A stretch of 34,562 nucleotides of DNA, from the IMG/VR virus record IMGVR_UViG_3300045988_048182, positions 1-34,562 of that record. One strand, 5' to 3'. Position numbers and translations under genes: made by a program. Below, piece by piece: positions 15,753-25,734 of this stretch. This stretch comes from a virus. Position 1 is the first letter of the stretch. Each line of letters opens with the position of its first letter. Below the pieces are notes generated by a model, which saw only the letters and a program-made list of their open reading frames with translations, was not told the origin of the DNA and made no database searches.

Positions 15753-17056
15753 TATGATACCCGCTTCCACATATACACCGATAAATAAGGCTGCATAATA
15801 CTGTGTGCTTGTCCGCCACCTTCAGCGTTGATATCGTGTGAATGTGCCCCGCTACTATTAATTACTACTTCATGAGAATGTGCTCCACCTGGTTGTATAT
15901 CTACTTTTGCGCCAGTTTCAGATCCAATACCGCCTTTTATAATATCGACATTATATAGTCTAATGTTTTTTTCCCCAGTACGCCCGTAGGGCTTAATATC
16001 CGCGGAATGAGTATGTTCGCCCGCTTCACTTGCCGTTCCTGTATGCGTATGTGCGCCACCATCACCAGTAGCCCCACCATGTTTATGGCTAGGCATTTCT
16101 TGCACTGTTAATGTATGTGTTTCAGCGCCGCCAACACTACCAGCATTATACTTAGTGCCTTGGGATAACAGTACTCTACCTTGCTCGATATATTCCCATG
16201 TGCCAAACCCAAACAAATCATTCGGGTTAGTTTCTACGGTACTGCAATAGATAGCCCCTATCGGATATGCCTTTGTTAATACCTCATTGATTTTAGGCTT
16301 TAACGCATCTATATCTTTTCGAACCGCATCAAACATATCATTAATGCTTTTAGCTAAATGCGCGCTAGTAATCTGTTCATTACCGATATTATCGCTTTTC
16401 ACTTCGCCAATGCCGATTTTATTGCCAGTAATAGAACGGTCAGCCATTACATCACCGCTAAACCCTGGGCGGTAGTATTTGATACTTTTAATCGATGTAC
16501 TATCTGTAACTACAATAGCGACTACAATGCGAAGCACTGACTTCCATTGTACGCCGTTATATAGGTACATCTTATCGGCTACCGTGTTATAGTGCATTTT
16601 ATCCATTTCAGCCTTCGGCGCACTTGCTTGGCGCACTGGTTCAATAGTAGTACTGCCATAACTTAACGCGCCCGATGCGGAACGTTCGATATATAAATAC
16701 GATGTAGATCGTGCTGGTAAATTCCATGCACTCGTTTTATTTGTAATCGTATTTACATAGTCTACGCTTCCGTTATCATCGTACCCGTCGGCGAATGATA
16801 ATAATACAGGGGTTTGACTGCCGTCAATCATTACACTTAGGTTATCACCAATCAAAAACGCCCATTCACTATTACCAACCTTACCGTTTAGCACCCTATT
16901 CCGTAGCACGCCACCGCCTGTATTACCGCCACCGCTAGCCTTTAATTCTACGGCTTTAGCGACTTCTAATATTTCAGCCCGGTTTTTCTGAATGCTATCC
17001 TGCACCGTATCCCCTTGGGGTGTAATATCCAAAGGGTGTTTTTCTTTATATGCCAT
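15752..17056 (-). CDS. Tail fibre / receptor-binding protein with a phage tail-collar domain and HxH repeats
   Basis: The C-terminus contains ETHTLTVQEMPSHKHGG, GAHTHTG, GEHTHS, GAHSHEV, GAHSHD and QAHSIMQPYLSVYMWKR. These are typical of the Collar/MdpB-type domain. Confidence 0.75.
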   Translation of the reverse strand: MAYKEKHPLDITPQGDTVQDSIQKNRAEILEVAKAVELKASGGGNTGGGVLRNRVLNGKVGNSEWAFLIGDNLSVMIDGSQTPVLLSFADGYDDNGSVDYVNTITNKTSAWNLPARSTSYLYIERSASGALSYGSTTIEPVRQASAPKAEMDKMHYNTVADKMYLYNGVQWKSVLRIVVAIVVTDSTSIKSIKYYRPGFSGDVMADRSITGNKIGIGEVKSDNIGNEQITSAHLAKSINDMFDAVRKDIDALKPKINEVLTKAYPIGAIYCSTVETNPNDLFGFGTWEYIEQGRVLLSQGTKYNAGSVGGAETHTLTVQEMPSHKHGGATGDGGAHTHTGTASEAGEHTHSADIKPYGRTGEKNIRLYNVDIIKGGIGSETGAKVDIQPGGAHSHEVVINSSGAHSHDINAEGGGQAHSIMQPYLSVYMWKRVS

Positions 17057-17057
17057 T

Positions 17058-18476
17058 TTATACTTCCTCGTATGTATAATCTAACTGCCTTAGGGATATA
17101 GCCCCTTTTTGAACGTGTATTTTAAACTGCACATTACGATTAGCACCGTCACCAATCTTATACGCTTTGGTGTATTCGTTAGTATTCATCTTGCTTGTAG
17201 CGTTTATAGTTTTCATCGTTGCATAATATGTCTTAGTAGCCTTACTAGCAAAATTAATAGGCTTAGCCTTCTTATTGGAAATGCCAATTGTGCCATATCC
17301 ATTAATAATATTATGTGTTACGAAATTGTAGTTCATAATCAATATGAATTGACGTGTAGCCAATCGGTTGCCACTAATAATAGAGGTTTCAATTTGTACG
17401 CCATCATCTGTATCTATGCTTTCATCAAGAATACCAATCTTATTGCCATAGGCTACATATACATCTTTGTCAACGCTTACAACGGAATTGATGCTATACG
17501 TGAATTTCCTAGATGTGAATACACCGCGACCGTCATTGTATCGTGGTAGGTAATGATAGATGAATAAGCTATCCCCATTGTAGGGTTTTATCCACAATTG
17601 CTTACGGCTAGGTACATGCCACATTTCACAATCTTTAGTGATGTATTTAAGCAGGTAGGAATTGATATTAAGCCCAGTTTCAAAAGGTTGTATTTCTGCA
17701 TACGTATTAGTAGGCATGAATGACATAAACCCTTGCTCTCCTAGATAATATGATCTATCGTCGATATTACAAGTTGAACCGCTACAATACCCAGTAGATG
17801 ATAGCTGGTAAACAGTTAAGTTGTTTTCGTCCGGTGTCCCCACTACTTGATACACGCGCCCGTATTCCTTATATACGATAATTGCACGCGTTAGGAAATC
17901 AACGGCAATAATACTGCCCTGGTCTTTATACCCGACGTCTAACCACTGCGCACTAGATGCATCATTCCCATTGTGTGTCCATGATTGATAATCACCTACC
18001 GCCGACCAATTCAACCGATGCGAATAAATCGATGAAAGTAACACACGTCCGGAATGACTGGATACCATTTCACATGTAGGGCTTTCTACTGTAATGAGTT
18101 GCCCTGCTCCCGTAATTGCCTGTAGCTTTCCGCCACTAGCAATCAGAATATCACCACCAAATGCATGATACATAGGCTTTTGCACACCACTTAATACCCC
18201 TAATAATTTGCGAGTGCTGAAATCTGTTTCATATAAATTCTTATTCGATGAAAAATACCAACGCTTTCGATACACATCGTAATACAACGTTTCAATAGGC
18301 AAGCCGAAATCATACAGTACTCTAACCCCTGGTACTGTACGTAATGCATTATCAGTTCTATCGAATTCGCATTGCCTAGCTTGCGTTAAGGCTTGCATAT
18401 CAATATTTTCGGGCGGGTTCGACCAGTCAAGGCCCAATCGGAAACCGTTTGTTGTTGCTACCTGTTTTACGCCCAT
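17058..18476 (-). CDS. Tail structural protein (472 aa), function unassigned
   Basis: Large ORF between the head-completion genes and the fibre. No motif recognised. Confidence 0.45.
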   Translation of the reverse strand: MGVKQVATTNGFRLGLDWSNPPENIDMQALTQARQCEFDRTDNALRTVPGVRVLYDFGLPIETLYYDVYRKRWYFSSNKNLYETDFSTRKLLGVLSGVQKPMYHAFGGDILIASGGKLQAITGAGQLITVESPTCEMVSSHSGRVLLSSIYSHRLNWSAVGDYQSWTHNGNDASSAQWLDVGYKDQGSIIAVDFLTRAIIVYKEYGRVYQVVGTPDENNLTVYQLSSTGYCSGSTCNIDDRSYYLGEQGFMSFMPTNTYAEIQPFETGLNINSYLLKYITKDCEMWHVPSRKQLWIKPYNGDSLFIYHYLPRYNDGRGVFTSRKFTYSINSVVSVDKDVYVAYGNKIGILDESIDTDDGVQIETSIISGNRLATRQFILIMNYNFVTHNIINGYGTIGISNKKAKPINFASKATKTYYATMKTINATSKMNTNEYTKAYKIGDGANRNVQFKIHVQKGAISLRQLDYTYEEV

Positions 18477-18949
18477 TATGTGATACCCCTTGCCACTTTA
18501 ATTTGTTCCGTGATGTAGTCAATAAAGGTCTTATCATAGGCAGCATAATCAGTCATAAGTGATTTTTTCTTCACCATGAAAGATATAAGCTGCACTAGAT
18601 ATTGATGAAAGAATTCGGAAAACGGAATAGGATCGTCCATATCATCAACGTGGTTTTTACGCACGCTATAAAACACACCTTTTACTGTTTCCCCGTCATA
18701 CGTTTCAAATGTTCCGTTAATGATGCGGATAGGATAGCCACTCTTTGGAACGAACCCCATAAAGTCTGACGGTACGGCTTTTAAGTTCGGTATATCCGTA
18801 TTCTTAACTACTTCGCGGTCTTTAATACTAACCAATATAGTAGCTAGCCAATCAATAGCTGCGTTAATGTACTGGATATATTCTAATTGTTCATCTAGTA
18901 TTTCGTTACTTTCAACATTAACTAGAGTAATCAGTTCTTTTACAACCAT
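18476..18949 (-). CDS. Putative head-tail connector/adaptor protein (157 aa)
   Basis: Assigned by position only, as the second gene after the capsid gene. Confidence 0.35.
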   Translation of the reverse strand: MVVKELITLVNVESNEILDEQLEYIQYINAAIDWLATILVSIKDREVVKNTDIPNLKAVPSDFMGFVPKSGYPIRIINGTFETYDGETVKGVFYSVRKNHVDDMDDPIPFSEFFHQYLVQLISFMVKKKSLMTDYAAYDKTFIDYITEQIKVARGIT

Positions 18950-19475
18950 AATCCCAATACCCTTCCGCTATAATACAATCATTTTCACCTAGTCCACTGT
19001 TAATTGCTTGTAGTGCATTTACCATATTGCTAGTAATACCGGTAATATCCATATTCATTACGCGATACACGATGTAGTCAACTAACAATGTTTCTAGTTC
19101 TGCCGGTAGTCCGCTTTCATCATCTAACGTTTTATATCCAGCCGTCTTTATATAATCAACGGTGATTTTCTGTTCATGATCCGCATCAAATACCACCGTT
19201 TGTAAATTCAATACGTGATACCCTTGCACTTCCGCATCATCTGCTTTAACCTTCAACACTCCAATACATTGAAACGGTAGTACAATTCGCCCCGTTCCGT
19301 TATCTTCATGTGTGGCAGTTGCAAGGCTAGGGCAATATTGGCTAATTAAAGCGTTCAATAGGTGATTGCCTTCGTTGTAATACTCCAATAACTGGTATGG
19401 TGTATACGTTTCTTGCGATGTATCGCCTATTTGCATGAACGCCCTATTTACTATTTGTTTTACGTTCATATTCAC
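18918..19475 (-). CDS. Putative head-completion/adaptor protein (185 aa)
   Basis: Assigned by position only, as the first gene after the capsid gene and its terminator. Confidence 0.35.
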   Translation of the reverse strand: MNMNVKQIVNRAFMQIGDTSQETYTPYQLLEYYNEGNHLLNALISQYCPSLATATHEDNGTGRIVLPFQCIGVLKVKADDAEVQGYHVLNLQTVVFDADHEQKITVDYIKTAGYKTLDDESGLPAELETLLVDYIVYRVMNMDITGITSNMVNALQAINSGLGENDCIIAEGYWDYGCKRTDYSS

Positions 19476-19482
19476 CCCATAT

Positions 19483-19510
19483 AAGAATAAAGGCGGGTAT
19501 CACCCCGCCT
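19483..19510 (-). terminator. Hairpin terminator/attenuator after the capsid gene
   Basis: The minus strand reads AGGCGGG-GTGATA-CCCGCCT followed by TTATTCTT (GGCGGG 19492-19497 pairs with CCCGCC 19504-19509). Confidence 0.6.
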
Positions 19511-19521
19511 ATACCTATAAA

Positions 19522-20505
19522 TTAGCGTTCAACAACGCCGCCAGTCATTACTTGAATTACGCCGTAGTCTTTGCTATTGAATTTAGTTTTTTCAACTGCA
19601 CCATAGAACGCAATACCGTTACCAGCAATGTTGCCGTAATCGTCTGTTTGTTCAATGTGTTTCGCTGGTCTAGCTACTGCGAAACATGCCGCCTGTTTGC
19701 CCAACAATAAGTTATGGCATACATTCGCACTAGATGCGCCTGTAGTATCAGATAATACGCGTTCGTATTCGTAAAGAATTACACCGTCATATTCGCCTAA
19801 TGCACCTGTGAAAATAGGGTTTTTAGAACCACGAACATTTGCGTTTTGTTGTGCTGCTAACCATTTAGCATCGTCTTTTAAATCACGAGCCGCCCATGGG
19901 GATACAAGCATAATATACTTGTCCATGCCGTCAACCTTAATCGGCTGCACTTTAGGGCCGTGCATCATTGCTTTACGTTTCGCACGAGAAATAATAGTTG
20001 TTGTTAATTTATCATTTGCCGTAATGCTTGCTTGCGAGTTAGCTGCGCTTGCATATAATACTTCGGTGCTAGTAGGACTTGCAGAAAGTTTAGAAATTAA
20101 TTTATCGTCTAACCAGTCCGATAACCATTGTTTTAACGCGCTTTTGATTTCTTTCAACATATCATATTGTGTTTTTTGGTCGTCCGCTTCAAAACGGGAA
20201 ACCGCATTACGCACTAATTGAGTATTTACTTCGAAATCATAAATGTTCAAGGTATCTTCTGCACCGGATAATTTTGCTCTGTTACCTTCAACGCCGGAAC
20301 CTGTTAAGTTCATCATCAAGCCGAATACTACGCTATCGCCTTTTACGTTTTCTAAATCTTTGTTTTTATGTACAACGTTGGAACCGTCCAATGCCGTAAA
20401 TTTATCAAAATAGCTTTCTTTCAAGCCTTCGCGCCATACTTTTTTGACCCATACTTTAGGAACTAAGGCCGCTGGAATATTAACTTGATTTCTTTGTTCT
20501 GCCAT
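19522..20505 (-). CDS. Major capsid protein (HK97 fold; resembles the N4-gp56 family)
   Basis: 327 aa, following the scaffold gene. The N-terminal pattern VWVKKVWREGLKESYFDKF...KGDSVVFGLMMNLTGSGVEG...LSGAEDTL matches my recollection of that family. Confidence 0.75.
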   Translation of the reverse strand: MAEQRNQVNIPAALVPKVWVKKVWREGLKESYFDKFTALDGSNVVHKNKDLENVKGDSVVFGLMMNLTGSGVEGNRAKLSGAEDTLNIYDFEVNTQLVRNAVSRFEADDQKTQYDMLKEIKSALKQWLSDWLDDKLISKLSASPTSTEVLYASAANSQASITANDKLTTTIISRAKRKAMMHGPKVQPIKVDGMDKYIMLVSPWAARDLKDDAKWLAAQQNANVRGSKNPIFTGALGEYDGVILYEYERVLSDTTGASSANVCHNLLLGKQAACFAVARPAKHIEQTDDYGNIAGNGIAFYGAVEKTKFNSKDYGVIQVMTGGVVER

Positions 20506-20515
20506 GTTTTACCTC

Positions 20516-21421
20516 TTATAATTCGTCAAAATATTTGCGTACATCGTCCGGCAATGCATCAAGGTTGCCCGTTTGATACGCTTTCAATATATCTTCTTCC
20601 GTTACTTTGTTAGGCGTAGGAACGCCACCATTTAACGCGCCAGCTTTTGGCAACGTAGCCGCAACTTGTAAAGGGTTGTTCGGTACTTCGGTACTTGTCG
20701 CCCGTTCATTTTGCAATTCTGTTACAAATTTTCTAATGGTTTCAAAATCGGCTTCCGTACCTTCGCCAATATCAACACGATAAAAAGCATCGTTAATCGG
20801 TTGTGCATCGCGCATCGTCATTCCGTTTAGCTTTTCTAAACCGCGTTGATACAATTCCCCAAAGTTCGGTAATGATTTAATTTCATTTACGAAATTAATG
20901 TTAGTTTGTCTTTGTTGATGTATCGCCATTTGCTGATTAGTAATTGTATATTCTGCGTTGGCTTCAAAACGAATGAACTCGTTATATTTCTGTACATCTT
21001 CAAACATAAGACTTTCTAAATCTTCCGCCGTAATGTTAAAGCGTTTCAATGCTTCACGGCGTACAAAGTCGCGAATATTTGATACTTCTTCATCTGGCAA
21101 TGTAATTGGCCGTTGTTGTGCTTCGTATTGTCTAGCCCGTTCTTCCGCTGCTTTACGTCTTGCGCGTTCCTGTGCAAGTGCTGCCTTTAAGTTCTGATCG
21201 TTCGCATGCGTTTCTTCCGTTTCTTCGTTAGTGTTCGGCGTTTCCGGTTCTACTTCCGCATCATTCGCATCACTTTCTGCCGCATCATCTGTAGAGGGTT
21301 CATCTGGTGCAGTTTCCTGTGTATCCGTTTCTTCGGTTGTTTCTTCCAGTTCAACGCCCGCGTTTTCTAAATCTTCCGGTGTGAAACCAGCTTCTTCGAT
21401 GTTTACTAAATCTTTTTCCAT
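20516..21421 (-). CDS. Scaffolding protein
   Basis: 301 aa with a very acidic N-terminus and an Ala/Arg/Glu coiled-coil region. It lies between the portal and capsid genes. Confidence 0.6.
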   Translation of the reverse strand: MEKDLVNIEEAGFTPEDLENAGVELEETTEETDTQETAPDEPSTDDAAESDANDAEVEPETPNTNEETEETHANDQNLKAALAQERARRKAAEERARQYEAQQRPITLPDEEVSNIRDFVRREALKRFNITAEDLESLMFEDVQKYNEFIRFEANAEYTITNQQMAIHQQRQTNINFVNEIKSLPNFGELYQRGLEKLNGMTMRDAQPINDAFYRVDIGEGTEADFETIRKFVTELQNERATSTEVPNNPLQVAATLPKAGALNGGVPTPNKVTEEDILKAYQTGNLDALPDDVRKYFDEL

Positions 21422-21436
21422 ATCAAATACTCCTTA

Positions 21437-21535
21437 TTGCCTTTTAACGTCATTGCCGGACGAATATAAGAATATGGCAGTTTAACGCCGTTGCCGGGCG
21501 ATAATGTATAAGCAAGCCTTTTAACGCCATTACTT
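21437..21535. repeat. Three direct repeats of about 20 bp (core TTTAACGYCRTT) spaced 38-39 bp apart, upstream of the scaffold gene
   Basis: The three copies are TTGCCTTTTAACGTCATTGCCGG (21437-21459), TGGCAGTTTAACGCCGTTGCCGGG (21475-21498) and AAGCCTTTTAACGCCATTACT (21515-21535). Confidence 0.7.
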
Positions 21536-21548
21536 AGGGCGAAAGAAA

Positions 21549-21576
21549 TATAAAAAACGCCCCATTACGGAGCGTT
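21549..21576 (-). terminator. Rho-independent terminator after the portal gene
   Basis: The minus strand reads AACGCTCC-GTAAT-GGGGCGTT followed by TTTTTAT. Confidence 0.7.
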
Positions 21577-21599
21577 TGTTATTGTGTTGATAGTTTATA

Positions 21600-23582
21600 T
21601 TACATAGTGCCTAAATCGTTCATAGGCGGTAAAATTGGCGGTGCATTTTGAATGTTTTGTTGCTTACCTTTCAAGGCTAACCGTTCCGCCATGATTTGCT
21701 GCGGTGAAATCTGTACGCCTAGCGTTTGTAAATACATGCTTAACGCTTCCGCCGGCATATCATCTAGGCTGCCGCTAACACGCAATTCTGGTAAAGCTGG
21801 TTTTTCTGCTGCTTCTTGCATGCGTTTCTTAACCGTTTCTTTTTCCGGGAAGTCCATAAAATCGAGAATGATATCCATAGGAATATCAACGCCGCTTTTC
21901 TTGGCTTCCAATAATTGATATAGGTTAGCACGCCTTGCCGTTGCGCTTGCTTGGCTTGTAGTGATTACGATATCAAAATCAAAGGCGGATAGATCATATA
22001 AGACTTGTTTAATCGGATTACCTTCCGCATCACGTTGCGGTTGCCCTAGCGCATCGGTTAAAACCTGTTCTTGCATAGGTTGATTTAACCCCGGTGCAAT
22101 CTGTACAAATTCCTTTTGCCCGTCATCGCCCATAATGCGCATTGCTTTGGCTTCATTGTAGAATTGTGGAATTAAACCCGGTGCGTTTTTCTCACCCCAT
22201 AATAGTTTAACAATTTGTAACTCCGCTTCTTTTGCTTGTGCGAATATATCCGCCGTTTGTACGGTTGTTACAGATTGCCGCAAGTCGATTGCCTTACCAC
22301 TCATAGAACCAATGCTACCGGAAAGGCTTTCCGGAGTTATACCGCTGATTGAATAAAAATCATTGTCTGATTGTTGTTCCAAAGTTAGATTAATTGCGCT
22401 ATCCATTGCCGGCGTGCCGTCTACAAAGGAAACGCCCGGCGGTAGGAATATATTGGCGCCCGGTTTTGTACTATCATTCTTGATAGTTTTCTTTAATTGT
22501 TCCGTGAATTGACCTTGCCAGAATTTAACGCCTAAAGACTGTTGATTAACAACGTGCATGCGTTGACTTCGGTTTTTATTCTTTTCGCGTTGAGCATCTT
22601 TAAGATCACGCACAATGCCAGCTGGTTCTAGTTCATCATCTACCAATTCACCGGTATAGTAACAATACTCACGCACTAACGGGAATTTACCATGCTTATA
22701 AGGACTTTCGCCTTCTTCCAATAGAACACTATCGGCGAACGTTGCGTATCGAATTTTAGTATCTGGTATGCTTGTAGGTTTCTTGCCTGTAGCCATTAAT
22801 ACAACAAACAACGGGTTAGCTTCATCAATTAACCCCTCTTTTGTCATGTATACATTCTTTTTACTGTATTCTTTATACCAATACTGCACTACACGAATTT
22901 TATTGTAGTTACTGCTATACCAAAGAGCTTCGCCGTCTACTGTTTCAATAATACCAGCTTCCTGTTCGGTTTCATCATATCGGCTTTTTAATGCGTTGAT
23001 TTCGTCAACCTTTTCCGGATAAATCTGCTTTAACTTAGCAGCACTTTCCCAGCTATAACGGCCAACATATTGCGCATCGCTTAAATCGTCCTTTTTACAT
23101 TCCGGATCTATGAAAGCATCAAACGGAGAAACACGTTCAATTTGAATAGTGCCGTCTAACTTCGTATAGTCAAATTCATAAGATACCCAGTAATTGGCTA
23201 AACCGCAAATAATTTTATCGCGGAAACATTTGCCTTTATTGCGTTGATAGTTCGCACGATCTAAACAGTATTTTGTAATACCTTTCGCAACGCGGCTTAT
23301 TCTATCATCTTCTTCGGAACGTGGTAAAAAGTCCGGTTCCGTTTCATTCTGAGATGCATAACCGCATAACAGATTAATAACCGGTCTAATTCTATTAATC
23401 GTAATTGCTGGCCGTCCAGCTTCACGCATCTTTTTCATGTCGCCGTCTTGCCATTGCTTACCTTGCATAAAGGCAAAATCTTCAGCGGCAGCCTTGCGCC
23501 ATTCTGACGTGGCGGCCAATGCATTTTTTACATTGTTTTTCGCTTCGTATATATCAAATGTTGTTTGTTCTATATCCATCAT
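21600..23582 (-). CDS. Portal protein
   Basis: 660 aa. It is the first large gene after TerL and its start is ATGA-coupled to the preceding small ORF. The assignment rests on size and position. Confidence 0.75.
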   Translation of the reverse strand: MMDIEQTTFDIYEAKNNVKNALAATSEWRKAAAEDFAFMQGKQWQDGDMKKMREAGRPAITINRIRPVINLLCGYASQNETEPDFLPRSEEDDRISRVAKGITKYCLDRANYQRNKGKCFRDKIICGLANYWVSYEFDYTKLDGTIQIERVSPFDAFIDPECKKDDLSDAQYVGRYSWESAAKLKQIYPEKVDEINALKSRYDETEQEAGIIETVDGEALWYSSNYNKIRVVQYWYKEYSKKNVYMTKEGLIDEANPLFVVLMATGKKPTSIPDTKIRYATFADSVLLEEGESPYKHGKFPLVREYCYYTGELVDDELEPAGIVRDLKDAQREKNKNRSQRMHVVNQQSLGVKFWQGQFTEQLKKTIKNDSTKPGANIFLPPGVSFVDGTPAMDSAINLTLEQQSDNDFYSISGITPESLSGSIGSMSGKAIDLRQSVTTVQTADIFAQAKEAELQIVKLLWGEKNAPGLIPQFYNEAKAMRIMGDDGQKEFVQIAPGLNQPMQEQVLTDALGQPQRDAEGNPIKQVLYDLSAFDFDIVITTSQASATARRANLYQLLEAKKSGVDIPMDIILDFMDFPEKETVKKRMQEAAEKPALPELRVSGSLDDMPAEALSMYLQTLGVQISPQQIMAERLALKGKQQNIQNAPPILPPMNDLGTM

Positions 23583-23770
23583 TCCACCATTTCAGAACCA
23601 TAAATCATATCGTACATTTGCTCTAACTGCCATTGCGGCATTGCTTTGGCAAATTCCGCCAGTTGTGCATCTGTATATTTAGCCGGAATAATAACGCCTT
23701 TTTCTTCGCGTTCACCGTATTCCGATTTAAGAACCTTATAGGCATAATCACGCAACGCCCTTTCACTCAT
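23579..23770 (-). CDS. Small hypothetical protein between TerL and portal (63 aa)
   Basis: ATG 23768-23770 overlaps the TerL TGA (ATGA), and its own stop overlaps the portal ATG. Confidence 0.5.
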   Translation of the reverse strand: MSERALRDYAYKVLKSEYGEREEKGVIIPAKYTDAQLAEFAKAMPQWQLEQMYDMIYGSEMVE

Positions 23771-25128
23771 ACACCCCATGCGCTTATATCTCCTTCGCTA
23801 TCATCAACATATTTATAACCGTCATTAAATGGCTTTTCTGGTTTAACCGATTTTACTGGCCGTGCCATACACATATAACGCACCGCATCATACGCATGAT
23901 CTTCTTGTTTCGTGTCTACGTCCTCAACTTTTATTTTGTCATAAGTTAAAGCTGGCAATGTACGTATTAGGTGTACGCAATTACTGAATATCTTTAACTT
24001 ACCTTCTTTTAATCGTTGATGTACTTGCATCAATCCGGCCAATCTATCATTATCAGCACGCACCCAGTACACGCCTTCCGTTGCAAATATTTCCGCAATC
24101 GTTGGCCCGTCATGCCCTGTACGTTGCCATATAGCGGGGTCTGCTACGCCTTGATAGTCTTTCAAGTGTTCTATCTTTTGCGCTACTTCTCGCGCCGTTT
24201 CCTGTGTTCCTGTATCAGGCATGCCCGGCTTGCAACCGTAATACTCACCTGTGATATATAACACATCGTCATAATCAATCGCGTAGGAATATACTGCATA
24301 TGGTTTTGTATATCCCCAGTCCATTGAACGATATCGTTGCCAATGATGCGGAACTTCAAACGGTTCTATTACATGCTTCTCCGTTCTAAATTCCGTAAAT
24401 ACTTGACCTTCGAATATGTTCCAGTCGCCTTCTAAGTATGCTTTACGTAGTTTTTCGGGTAGCGTATTAAGTGCATCTATATAATTCTGTGATAGATGCG
24501 GGTTATCACTTGCCCTTGCTTGAATATATGCAATCTTATCGGCGAACGGTTGCATTTCTTTTGTAAAATTTCTATCAATGAATAAATCTTTAACCCACAT
24601 ATGGCCTTTACCGCCTGGATTAGTTGCCGCGATTAACTTAGTATCACTTATACCAACCCAGCGTAGACGCATACGCAAGAAGTCGAACACGTCGCGACTA
24701 TTCAAGGTTAATTCATCAATAGCAATAGCAGCGAATTCGCTTGATAAATATTTACTTGGGTTATCTAAGTTACGAAAACAGATAACGCCGCCACCTAATT
24801 CATTATTTAATGTGAATTCATGGTTACTTTCTTTATAGCTTCCCAGCCATTCGGGAAATTCCATTTTTATTTTAGAGATTTGACGATCATCTAAACTGGG
24901 GTAATCTTCACAAAACAACCCTACGCGTATTCCTTTAATTCCTGTTTGAATGAACCAGTCAATTAAAAGCCATACTAAACCCCAGCGGAGTATATACGAT
25001 TTACCACCACCAGCAGCGCCGCCATATAGCGTATATATATTTTGCTTTACCGCGCGCAAGAATTCTTTCTGCTTAGGCGTTGGCCGTATCACATCGCGAA
25101 ACAGATTTGTTTTACTCATCTGTATCAC
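23767..25128 (-). CDS. terL: Terminase large subunit
   Basis: Walker A in the context LYGGAAGGGKSY, a Walker B-like AIDELT and a C-terminal nuclease-type region. 453 aa. Confidence 0.9.
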   Translation of the reverse strand: MIQMSKTNLFRDVIRPTPKQKEFLRAVKQNIYTLYGGAAGGGKSYILRWGLVWLLIDWFIQTGIKGIRVGLFCEDYPSLDDRQISKIKMEFPEWLGSYKESNHEFTLNNELGGGVICFRNLDNPSKYLSSEFAAIAIDELTLNSRDVFDFLRMRLRWVGISDTKLIAATNPGGKGHMWVKDLFIDRNFTKEMQPFADKIAYIQARASDNPHLSQNYIDALNTLPEKLRKAYLEGDWNIFEGQVFTEFRTEKHVIEPFEVPHHWQRYRSMDWGYTKPYAVYSYAIDYDDVLYITGEYYGCKPGMPDTGTQETAREVAQKIEHLKDYQGVADPAIWQRTGHDGPTIAEIFATEGVYWVRADNDRLAGLMQVHQRLKEGKLKIFSNCVHLIRTLPALTYDKIKVEDVDTKQEDHAYDAVRYMCMARPVKSVKPEKPFNDGYKYVDDSEGDISAWGV

Positions 25129-25483
25129 TCAATTCATCATTATCAATAACCAACTTAACAGCACTTTCTGTTGTAATTTCCTGTTGTATCTTATCGCGCC
25201 ATTCTTTAGACTTGCGATTTTTAAGCCAAAATATAATTGCGGTAGTGTTTCCCCTTAACGCTTCTTTATAAAGTGCATTTTCAACTTGTAAATCTGCTTC
25301 ATCTTTTCCTATTTTTAGGGCGTTCGATATTTCCGGTGATTTCTTACGCCATTCCCATAAGGTGGAAACGGCAATACCCATATTAGATGCAATTTGTTCA
25401 TTTGTTAGGCCGTTACGCGCCCAACCTTTTAGCAGTAAAATCTTTTCTTCTGCTTCCCAATCCGTATATGTTGTTTTTGCCAT
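25112..25483 (-). CDS. terS: Terminase small subunit
   Basis: An N-terminal HTH (LTNEQIASNMGIAVSTLWEWRKK) is followed by ENALYKEALRGNTTAIIFWLKNRKSKEWRDK, which is typical of Firmicutes-phage TerS proteins. Confidence 0.75.
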   Translation of the reverse strand: MAKTTYTDWEAEEKILLLKGWARNGLTNEQIASNMGIAVSTLWEWRKKSPEISNALKIGKDEADLQVENALYKEALRGNTTAIIFWLKNRKSKEWRDKIQQEITTESAVKLVIDNDELSDTDE

Positions 25484-25495
25484 TGTTTCACCCCC

Positions 25496-25684
25496 TTATT
25501 TCAGAATGTTATTATCTTTTGCTTTCATGCGCCCATGTGATCGCGCACATATGCCGGCTACTTGCTTGGCTGCGTGTTTGCTAGTGCAATATGTTTGGCA
25601 TAAACCGTCATAATATATTTCGCTGGCCGTGCATTGGCCCTTCTTATTGTTAAGGCATTTTGACTTTGTACATATGATATTCAC
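25496..25684 (-). CDS. Cys-rich small protein (DUF1540-like pattern)
   Basis: GTG start 25682-25684 with GGTGGTGA upstream. The pattern IICTKSKCLNNKKGQCTASEIYYDGLC resembles the C-x-x-x-C...C-x-A-x-x-I signature. Confidence 0.45.
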   Translation of the reverse strand: MNIICTKSKCLNNKKGQCTASEIYYDGLCQTYCTSKHAAKQVAGICARSHGRMKAKDNNILK

Positions 25685-25734
25685 TAGCTTTTCACCACCT
25701 TTACAAACTTTTTTGAAAAAATTTTAATTTTCCT

